From positions 1-64,000 of the forward strand of contig CAUYUJ010000324.1 in assembly GCA_963575745.1 (NCBI GenBank): a stretch of 64,000 nucleotides of DNA, given 5' to 3'. The translations under genes were made by a program, and so were the position numbers. The stretch's first letter is position 1; each line of letters opens with the position of its first letter. The DNA is from Prorocentrum cordatum. Lineage: Eukaryota. Below the pieces are notes generated by a model. That model had not been told where the DNA came from. It worked only from the letters and a program-made list of their open reading frames with translations, and searched no databases. This document shows positions 36,001 to 45,673 of the stretch, piece by piece.

Positions 36001-38900
36001 GACGGTAGACATCACACGCGCCCTCCTCCCCGCAATGGAGGAGGGAGTCACGGTTCGGGTGGTCATCGGCTACCAGCTGTAGTGCGCCATCCTCGAGAAC
36101 AGATGGCCCCAGAGCGCCCGCAGCGTCAGCGGCGCACTCAGGCAGGCCAAGGCCAAAGGCAAAGGGAAAGGGAAGGGCGAAATAAGCAAAGGGAAGGGCC
36201 CCGCCGCCCACCCCCCATCACGCCCCCCCGACACAAGCGACTACGCCAGCGTCTTCGAGCAGAAAGACTCAGGACTCACGGGCATCTCCCTGCGGTTCCC
36301 AGGCGTGCGGCGCGTTGCAGAGGATCACCTTGCAAGCGGCAGGCTCACTCTCTCGACCATTGACTCCAGCCAGGGCGGCGAAGCGGACCTTGTCATCTTC
36401 CTGACAACGAGGTCCAACAGATGGCACGACTGGGGTTCCATGGACAACGCCAACAGGGTGAACGTGGCAATCACCAAAACCACGCGCTACGTGATCATCA
36501 TCGGTGACGGAAAGATGTTCGCCGCGGCCACGGGATCTCGCCTCCGTGAGCTCTCCGAGCACGGCCGCTTCGCCAAGCTGTGGGTACGCTTCCAGCACCC
36601 AGAGCACATAAGCAGTCGATGGACCCTCACTGTCGACGAGAGATTCGACCCCATCAAGGACCTCACCTCCTGGATCCCTGAATCCCCCCCACACGCAGGA
36701 GACGAAGTCATCGAGGGGCTGGGCAACGCGATAGTAAAAACCCGAGCCTCAATCGAGAAGAACTTCGCAGACAAGATTGCAGCTCCGCTGGGTACAGAAT
36801 TTTCATGGACCTGCCTTGGAGACGCCATGCGCAGCAGCCTGCAGAAACTCGTCGAGGACCCCGCCATGGGGGTGTTCATGTACACCGTCGCTGGCCTACA
36901 CCCCCACCAGTACTCCATGGCCGACACACCAAGGCAGCCGGGCCTATTTGACCGCAGAGCATGGAGTCACCTAGGGTTCTGCTGCGACGTAAAACTGGGC
37001 ATAGACGCCAGCAACCTCGTCTACAACTTGACGTGGGCAGCCCTGGCATGGTCCCTCGGGCTGGGCACCCCCTGGGACGACAAGAGCTTAGCCGTCCCAG
37101 ACGCGTCGCTCCCTCCCCTGCCCAGGGTGAAGGGCGTCAGCCGCCGCCCGATGGGCGCTAGCCGTTGCACCCTCCCCGAGGTTCTACACCAGTTTCCAGG
37201 GGCATGGAACCGAGAGACGGGGATGTGCAGGAGGCACCGCGCACGCCCAGGAATGCAGCACCTGAAGTCCCTACTTCGCACGGGCCAAGCCAACTCAGAG
37301 CTAAGACGTTCCCTTCTCAGCAGCGACGGCCGCCCCCTGGACACCACCGCACTCAGAATCCTCCTCGTTGTCATGATGATCCAGCTGCGCGAGCCTCGGG
37401 CGACGCTCTGGCCCTTCCCACATCCAGAGGCCACTGGGGACATCATGGAAGCAACCGTGGGCATCTGCTTCCCTTGGCGGAACGTCCACCTCGAGTACAG
37501 AACCAAGTGATCTAACCCCCCTACACGGGAAATTCGAGGACGCCATCAAGCACATCAGCACGATCGCCACGTACGCCCACCACCACAAGGCTGCAGCCGA
37601 GCACGGGTGCCCAACAACCTGGGCCGGCATGCTGAAAAGCAATTCCCCCCTGGAGGCCTCCATGAGGGTGCTAGAGGAGCTAGTCCAACCAGCCGTGGTC
37701 AGTCCCCTGGGCAAGAGCAAGTGCTCCATCTGCACTCTCCACAATGAACTTAGCGGGTCAGAGAAAGGGCTCGGATGCCCAGGCTCAATGACAGACCTAG
37801 AGTATATCGGAGGAGGAATTGCCATGTCCAGCAGGCGGCTCGACGATGACTCCCCCGCTGCCCCGGCCCCCGGAACCCTACTTATCCCGCCAAGGGTGAA
37901 CGACGACAGGTTCCGCGTCGAGCAGGAAGATGGCCGGTTCGATTGCGATGGGGATGACTGCCCAAAAAATTGGATCAGGGGCACTGCCGGCACCTGGCAG
38001 GACGACGACACAAGGGAACTCCTCGCACAGAACCGCTCCCAAGCTTACTTGCAAGGCAAGAACTGCAGGTGGCTGTGCGAGCAGTGCTGGGTCAAGTCCG
38101 TGGAAAAGAAAGGCATCGAGGCCCCCCTCGCCCCATGCGATTGCGGCGAAAAGAAGTCACTACCGCAGCGTCTGCAGGCATACAAGCGCGCAATGGACGA
38201 GACACGTCATAGGAAGAAATCACGCACACTCCCGTCCTTGGATCGGCTCCCGATTGGATACGGGCGCCTTGACACGGCCCCGACCCCCACCAGCCTTTGC
38301 GACCTCGTCATGAAAGCCCCCTCAGCCTACAGCCCCCGGGCCACTGGCACCACCCTACCTGCTCACAAGCTGTCAGACGGAAGGTTCGGGCTCGATTCGC
38401 ACCTCACGGGCACCTACTCTGCCCAATGCGACACCTGCCAAACAGGAACACCCTTGTTTGAGTGGGCGGTAAGCAGCCCAGCCTTAGGCTGCTTCTTGTG
38501 GCGCCCAGAACCCCGAAGCATCCACCGTCGCCGAGACCAGGCTACCGCCATGGGACCTCATGCCCACCCTCTGGACCCAGCGGCAGTGGAACGCCGGCTG
38601 GGCATGTAGGCGGTGCCTCATCCACATCTGGAACGTTGCCCCAGGCACGCTTGACCACACACTGGACCAGCAGTCCACACGCGCATACCCCACGGCACCA
38701 GCCAAGCGGGCAGCAACAGCAGAAGTGCAGACGGAGCGCCACGACATCAACGTCTACCTCACTCCGGACTGCGCTAAGGCTGCAGCCACGGGTGCATACA
38801 CAAAGCCACCCGTCCCAACCGGAGCGCCGACCCCTCCCACCAGCACTGGCCAGGGCGGCCCCGTCGGGGAGAGTAACGGGTCAGGAGCTGCCGCGCGGGA
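33088..38900 (+). pseudogene. Frameshifted intronless gene: N-terminal Zn finger, Upf1/Sen1-like SF1B helicase, Cys-rich C-terminus
   Basis: WCELCQKHCDGKGHLLQWDH; helicase motifs in order: VHGPPGTGKT (35042), GSNAAAD, IIDEAGQ (35458), LVGGPRQLPPTV, SIFDRL, LRCRLHP, TIDSSQGGEAD (about 36356), RVNVAITK; then repeated CxxC pairs at 37700-38620. Confidence 0.85.
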
Positions 38901-38902
38901 CA

Positions 38903-39480
38903 TCAAATCCCACCAGCCCTTTGGGCGTGAGTGGTTTAGCGAGCTCTCTCTGTCCTCAACACCCCCCTTCTTCCCCTTCGGGGAGGGGTTTACCCCTCCC
39001 CCTCCCCCCTCCCCCTGGGCCTGGAGAGGGGGGGCCGCGGGTCGTCAGGGGGGTCAATTTCGAATCCTGGAAGGGGCTAAAAAACGATACCCCTCGCGAG
39101 GATTCTGGCCCCGACGGTGGGGGCAGAAAAAATGCTCTCCTCTTCTTTGAAACCAAAATCCTTGATTTTACTACGGTTTCGGCCCCATTTTGGCCTTCTG
39201 AGGGGGCAGCGCTCCTCTTCCTTCATAGCAAAATCATTGATTTTACAGAAAGGTTTTGGGCTCATTTTCTCCTTCTCAGGGGGCAGCGCTCATTTGCGCT
39301 TCTGAGGAGGTCGCAAGAGGCCCCAATATGGCCCCAAGAGGCCCACAGGAGGCTCCCAAGAGGCCTCCAGGAGGCCCCCAAGAGCCCCCCAAGAGGCCCC
39401 AAGAGGCCCCCAAGAGGCCCCCAAGAGGCCCCAAGAGGCGCCAAGAGGCCCCCAAGAGGCCCCCAAGAGGCCCCGGTCCC
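38903..39480 (+). repeat. Second copy of the dispersed composite repeat
   Basis: Co-linear similarity to 28853-29917. Confidence 0.7.
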
Positions 39481-39570
39481 CAACAGGCGGGTCGGTTCGG
39501 GTCGGCGGGAAATTAAAATTATCCCGGCAAAGCAACCGAACATCGATATGTAGAAGCATAGCTGGAGGGG

Positions 39571-39915
39571 TGTATGCCCAAACGAGACACTGCTATCAAC
39601 GCACGGAACTTGAATGGGTGTATGTCCAAGCGAGACACTGCTATCATCGCACGGAGCTCGAATGGATGTATGTCCAAGCGAGACACTGCTATCAACGCAC
39701 AAAGCTTGAATGGATGTACCTCCAAATGAAACACTGCCATCAACGCACGGAGCTCGAATGGATGCATGTCCAAACGAGACACTGGTATCAACGCACGGAT
39801 GCTTGAATGGGTGTACGTCCTCACGAGACACTGCTATCAACACACGGAACTTGAATAGATGTATGGTCAAACAAGACACTGCTATCAACGCACGCACTGC
39901 TATCAACGCACAGAG
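39571..39915. repeat. 48-bp tandem repeat, about 7 copies
   Basis: Unit tgtatgtccaagcgagacactgctatcaacgcacggaacttgaatgga at 39571, 39619, 39667, 39715 and onward. Confidence 0.9.
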
Positions 39916-40059
39916 CTTGACACTACACAGTTGTATCACAGACTCGCAGGACAGTAGGACCCGCAGGACTACATTGTGTACAAAGTATTATGTGCAGGGA
40001 CTCGTAAGACCTGTGTCTCTACTGGTGTGCTGGGCTAGTCCATGCAAAAGCGTGCAAAA

Positions 40060-40350
40060 ACATGCACTTTGCCAGACGTCTTGGAAGTCTGCAAAAGCGG
40101 CACGCTGAGCTGTGGTGGCAGGCTGCAAAAGCGGCAGCCTGCAAAAGCCTGCACTTTGGCAAACGTCTTGGAAGCCTGCAAAAGCGGCAGGCTGAGCTGT
40201 GGTTGCAGGCTGCAAAAGCGGCAGCCTGCAAAAGCATGCACTTTGGCAGACGTCTTGGAAGTCTGCAAAAGCGGCACGCTGAGCTGTGGTGGCAGGCTGC
40301 AAAAGCGGCAGCCTGCAAAAGCCTGCACTTTGGCAGACGTCTTGGAACTG
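40060..40350. repeat. Tandem repeat of about 88 bp, roughly 3 copies
   Basis: Unit tgcactttggcagacgtcttggaagtctgcaaaagcggcacgctgagctgtggtggcaggctgcaaaagcggcagcctgcaaaagcc. Confidence 0.9.
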
Positions 40351-40530
40351 AGGAGCGGCGTGCGAAGCGGAGAGCCTGCGAAACCTGGAGGCTGAAAACT
40401 CGCAGGCTGAGACTCGCAGAAACCCGCAGGCTGAAAAGAGTCCTACTACTCGCAGAAAAGCACCGCAGAAAGAGTCTAGCGAAAAGCACCGCAGGCTGAG
40501 AAGCACCGCGGGCACACGGGCTTGGAAACC

Positions 40531-42700
40531 TCACCTCTCCCGCTCGTCTTGCAGAAAGTCGCGCCAATCCGGCGGCTGCCAAGAGTCGATGATGCGCCGA
40601 GACCCACCGCCCGTGCTGCCGCCGATGTCCAGGTAATCCCCTCCCGCAGTACGGAGGCGGCCGTGTCCTAGCGCCGCAATCGCCTGGTTCCGGTTGACTC
40701 GCAACTCGCCGCTGTCCCACTTCCGAAGCACGTCCAACTGCTTGCGCGTGAGAGTGGGAACCTCCTGGCCCTGGTCGGCAGGCTGAGTAGCACCGCCACG
40801 TGAGAGCTCTTGCCGATAGCGGGCGAGCCGCTCACCCTCGTTGTAGCGCGAGATCGCTTCAGCCTTGTCGTGGTGGAGGCGGCGGCGCTCTTCCTTCGTG
40901 ACTTCGTCGTGCGCAGGTGGCTCGCTGGGTTCGGCGCGCAGGGCTTGGGCGAGCATGTCAACGTCGAAGCGGCCGGAGAAAGCCAGCACCTCCCAGATCT
41001 GTTTTGCGCCGCACACACGTTGCAGATGCCGGCACCACCGCTTACGCTTCTGCTCTCTGAGGAACTTAGCGAGACTCCCTTGGCCTGCCCCTTGGGGCTG
41101 GCCACCTTGTGGTGGAGTCTTGCCTTTCGCCTTCCCCTCCTCGCCTTTTCCCGCAGACTGAGAAGCTCCGCGAAAACCTTGTGGTGGAGTCTTGCCTTTC
41201 GCTTTCCCCTTTTCGCCTTTTCCCGCAGGCTGAGAAGTTCCGCTAGAACCTTGTGGTGGAGTCTTGCCTTTCGCTTTCCCCTTCTCGCCATCTCGTTCCT
41301 GTAGCGCCAGCTGGTGTTCGGACTGCTCGTACTCTGTGCGAACACGTCTTGCGAGTTCCCCGCGCTCAGCGTCGGCGAGGACGCGCCGCAAGTCGGCGAT
41401 GTTTTTGCTCCGCAGAAACTCATGGCGAACCTTAAGGACAGACGCAATGGCTCGGACAGTCTCCGCCTGCGACGCGAAGGCGGTGTCGCAGTCCGAGCCA
41501 GGCTGAGAAGCACCAGCTGGATCTTTGTCCGCAGGCTGCGCGGGCGTCCTCTTCTTGAACAGCAAGAGGCTGAGGTGGTGGAGGAGTTTCGGGTCGTAGG
41601 CCGCGTCGTACCTCTGGCCCCAATACTCCCTCAACTCCTTGCGCAGCTCATGCGCGCGCCGATTAACTTCATCCTCGGGCTCGTCGCAGGCTGCGGCGTC
41701 GGCCGGCGACGTCGGCGAAAGCGGCGCACGCACAGGGGCGGGGCTCGGGGGCCGGGACCAGTGCACCGAGGAGCCCTCCACCTCGGTCTCTGAGCCGGCG
41801 TCGGCGTCAGGCAATCCTCCGAATGCAATCTTCCGCCTCTTTGTCTCCCCAGGCTGAGAAGCATCAGGGGCGGTGAGCACGACCGCAACAGCATCGCGTG
41901 CGTCGTTTCGCATGCCACGGTCCATGTAGGAGGCGCCAACAGCGACGGGCTGGAAACGCGCGACTGCTCCGCAGACTGCCGCGCCGTCGCCTTTGCGGTC
42001 CGCCGGGGGGGCGAAGACTTCCCATAGCGCCTCGTCGTCAGTGTGGCGTTGGAAAGCTTCACGCGCCTCCTGCGCGGTCAAGTTGTTGTCGCCGACTACG
42101 AGGCGCGCGACCGGCGTGCCCGGCTCCCCAGTACTGAGAAGCACGGCGATCCCGTCCAAGTGGAGTCGGAGAAACCGAACTGCTTTCTGTCGCGTGTGAA
42201 TGCTGGGAGGTTTGCTTCCGCAAACGATGTGCATGTTTCCGACGACCACGTGAACTTTGTCATGGCCTCCTGTCTGCACGTTGAACCGTGAGATCACTGC
42301 GTCCACTTGTCGCGCGATGGGGACGTGCCAGATGTATGCGTCCTCGCGCAGGGACACGTCAGCAGGCTGAGAAGCACCGCCGAAGCCCCATAGGCTCAAG
42401 TAATTGGCGACCTCGCAGAAGCCGATGCTGTCGCCGAACGGCTTGGTCAGGATGTCTTTCACGTTGATGGATGCTCGACTCAGGCCTCGACGAAACGCAC
42501 CGACCTCGCACCCAAAGAAAAGGTCAGCATCGACTTCCTCGACTATCTTGGCGCAAATTCCGCCCGAAGTTGGAGCAGTGAGTCTTGGAGTTCTTCCCCA
42601 TCATCATGCTCTGCTCGAACCCGAAGTTAAAAGAGGCGACCGTAAAAGACGCAGGTTGAGGATCACAACGAGCAGGCGCGGCCGCAGGCGTGTGTCGGTC
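40531..42700 (-). CDS. Endonuclease/exonuclease/phosphatase (EEP) family protein with a long C-terminal extension; one frameshift near 42560 and probably inactive
   Basis: FTVASFN, DADLFFGCEV, VVGNMH, LVVGDNN, KGD and NDARDAV (Arg at the catalytic His position) occur in canonical EEP order; 643 open codons at 40531-42462; three KGKAKGKTPPQG repeats. Confidence 0.7.
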
Positions 42701-42819
42701 TTCCTCCGCAGGCTGAGAAGCACCGCGGGAAGCCGAGGCTGCAGGCCGGTAAGGATAGGGCCAAGGGAGGACCATCCTGGAAGGGCACGTCCTAAACCAA
42801 AGACGGCTGTCAAGACACT

Positions 42820-43252
42820 GACGATGACGATGACGATGACGATGCTGATGCTGATGCTGATGCTGATGATGGCGATGATGATGATTTTGACGATGATGAT
42901 GATTCTGATGATGTTGTTGCTGCTGGTGATGATGGTGGTGGTGGTGATGGTGGTTGAGGTGATGGTGGTGGTTGTGATGATGATGATGAGAATGATACTG
43001 ATGATGATGGCGATGATGATGATGATGGTGATGATGATGACGGTGATGATGGTGGTGGTGGTGATGATGATAATGATGATGATGATGATGATGATGGTGG
43101 TGATGATGATAATGATGATGATGATGAGGAGGAGGAGGAGGAGCAGGAGGAGTAGGAGGATGATGATGATGATTTTGATGATGCTGTTGCTGCTGGTGAT
43201 GATGGTGGTGGTGGTGGTGGTTGAGGTGATGGTGGTGGTTGTGATGATGATC
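42820..43252. repeat. (GAT/GGT)n microsatellite
   Basis: Read directly. Confidence 0.95.
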
Positions 43253-43254
43253 AG

Positions 43255-43548
43255 TTGGTTCCGGGCATCCAAAATGTGGCCCGGGAATGGAGTTCTGGGA
43301 AATAGAAGAACACGAAGTGGCCTACAGTTGGCTCCGGGCATCCAAAATGTGGCCCGGGAATGGAGTTCTGGGAAATAGAAGAGCACGAAGTGGCCTACTG
43401 TTGGCTCCGGGCATCCAAAATGTGGCCCGGGAATGGAGTTCTGGGAAATAGAAGAGCACGAAGTGGCCTACAGTTGGCTCCGGGCATCCAAAATGTTGCC
43501 CAGGAATGGAGTTCTGGGAAATCGAAGAGCACGAAGTGGGCACGAAGT
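43255..43548. repeat. 73-bp tandem repeat, 4 copies (unit A)
   Basis: ccgggcatccaaaatgtggcccgggaatggagttctgggaaatagaagagcacgaagtggcctacagttggct at 43261, 43334, 43407 and 43480. Confidence 0.95.
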
Positions 43549-43884
43549 GTGTGACTGTATGCGAAAAACGATCCCCGCCGGCAAACCCCAACAGCCCCCC
43601 AACTGCCACCCAACTGCCCCCAACGGCTGCCCAGACCCCCCTGCGGAGTAATGTTGAAGTAATGTTGAAGTAATGTGCTGCTCTCTTTTTAGACCACTAG
43701 AAACCTACCAGTCTTCGATGTTAGGTAATTATCCCGGCAAAGCAACCTAACATCGATGTGTAGGAGCATATCTGGAAGCATTCCCCTTAAGATTCGGATG
43801 AGAATCCAGTTGTAGAATTCTGCTGTTCTCGCAGTCGTAGTCGCATTCGCGATGACAGTCGCAGTGGCAACGGCAGTCGCAGTC

Positions 43885-45116
43885 ACAGCCTCAGCCTCAG
43901 CCTGCCTCAGCCTCAGCCTCAGCCTGCCTCAGCCTCAGCCTGCCTCAGCCTCAGCCTCAGCCTGCTTCAGCCTCAGCCTCAGTCTGCCTTCAGCCTCGGC
44001 CTCAGCCTCAGCCTGCCTCAGCCTCAGCCTGCATCAGCCTCAGCCTCAGCCTCAGCCTGCCTCAGCATCAGCCTGCCTCAGCCTCAGCCTCAGCCTGCCT
44101 CTGCCTCAGCCTCAGCCTGCCTCAGCCTCAGCCTCAGCTTCAGCCTCAGCCTGCCTCAGCCTCTGCCTGCAGCCTCAGCCTCAGCCTCAGCCTCAGCCTG
44201 CAGCCTCAGCCTGCCTCAGCCTCAGCCTCAGCCTCAGCCTCAGCCTGAGCCTCAGTCTGCCTTCAGCTCCGCCTCAGCTCAGCCTGCGCATCCTCAGCCT
44301 CAGCTCTGCCCTCAGCCTCAGCCTGCATGCCTCAGCCTCAGCCTCACCTTGCCAGCCTCAGTCTGCTTCAGCCTCGGCTCAGCCTCCGCCTGCCTCAGCC
44401 TCAGCCTGCATGAGCCTCAGCCTCAGCCTGCCTCAGCCTCAGCCTCAGCCTGCCTCAGCCTCAGCCTCAGCCTTCAGCCTCAGCCTCAGTCTGCCTTCAG
44501 CCTCGGCCTCAGCCTCAGCCCTCAGCCTCAGCCTGCATCAGCCTCAGCCTCAGCCTCAGCCTGCCTCAGCATCAGCCTGGCTCAGCCTCAGCCTCAGCCT
44601 GCCTCAGCCTCAGCCTCAGCCTGCTTCAGCCTCAGCCTCAGTCTGCCTTCAGCCTCGGCCTCAGCCTCAGCCTGCCTCAGCCTCAGCCTGCATCAGCCTC
44701 AGCCTCAGCCTCAGCCTGCCTCAGCATCAGCCTGCCTCAGCCTCAGCCTCAGCCTGCCTCAGCCTCAGCCTCAGCCTGCTTCAGCCTCAGCCTCAGTCTG
44801 CCTTCAGCCTCGGCCTCAGCCTCAGCCTGCCTCAGCCTCAGCCTGCATCAGCCTCAGCCTCAGCCTGCCTCAGCAGCCTCAAGCCTGCAGCTTCAGCCTC
44901 AGCAAGCCTCACTGCCTTGAGCCTTGCCTCAGCAGCTCAGCCTGCCTCAGCCTCAGCCTGCATCAGCTCAGCTCAGCCTCAGCCTGCTCAGCATCAGCCT
45001 GCCTCAGCCTCAGCCTCTGCCAGCCTTGCAGCCTCAGCCTCAGCTGCTTCAGCCTCGGCCTCAGCCTGCCTGCCTCAGCCTCAGCCTGCCTCAGCCTCAG
45101 CCTCAGCCTGCCTCAG
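43885..45116. repeat. (CAGCCT)n / (GCCT) satellite
   Basis: About 1.2 kb of cagcct hexamers with gcct insertions. Confidence 0.97.
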
Positions 45117-45540
45117 CATTCAAAATGTGGCCCGGGAATGGAAGTTCTGGGAACTCGAAGAACACGAAGTGGCCTACAGTTGGCTCCGGGCATTCAAAAT
45201 CATGCCCAGGAATGGAATTCTGGGAACTCGAAGATCACGAAGTGGCCTACAGTTGGCTCGGGGCATTCAAAATGTGGCCCGGGAATGGAGTTCTGGGAAC
45301 TCGAAGAGCACGAAGTGGCCTACAGTTGGCTCCGGGCATCAAAAATGTGGCCCGGGAATGGAGTTCTGGGAAGTCGAAGAGCACGAAGTGGCCTACAGTT
45401 GGCTCCGGGCATCCAAAATGTGGCCCGGGAATGGAGTTCTGGGAAGTCGAAGAGCACGAAGTGGCGTACAGCTGGCTCCGGGCATTCAGAATGTGGCCCG
45501 GGAATGGAGTTCTGGGAAATCGAAAAGCACGAAGTGTGTG
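45115..45540. repeat. 73-bp tandem repeat, about 6 copies (unit B)
   Basis: Same unit as 43255-43548. Confidence 0.95.
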
Positions 45541-45673
45541 ACTGTATGCAAAAAACGATCCCCCCCAGAAAACCCCAACGGCTCCCCAACGGCTGCCCAG
45601 ACCACCCTGTGGAGTAATGTGCTGCTCTCTTTTTACCCTATTAGAAACCTATCAGTCTTCAATGTTAGGTAAT

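Larger units (their letters stand above)
39520..43726 (-). mobile_element. Helentron/Helitron2-like unit A carrying an EEP-family gene
   Basis: Termini tatcccggcaaagcaacc.aacatcgat... and ...gtcttcgatgttaggt are shared with unit B. The terminal cgatgttaggt is the inverse of the subterminal acc(t/g)aacatcg, and AAT occurs at all three junctions. Confidence 0.6.
43730..45670 (-). mobile_element. Helentron/Helitron2-like non-coding unit B
   Basis: Same termini and same 73-bp subterminal array as unit A; the interior is replaced by a (CAGCCT)n satellite. Confidence 0.6.

Noticed and set aside
34960..42700. Helicase plus EEP nuclease as one autonomous Helentron
   Set aside because: The helicase is Upf1-type rather than Pif1-type, has no HUH Rep domain, lies on the opposite strand and is outside the defined termini at 39520-45670.
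39571..45540. 48-, 73- and 88-bp arrays as CRISPR-like arrays next to a nuclease
   Set aside because: They are plain tandem repeats without variable spacers and are better explained as internal minisatellites of a mobile element.
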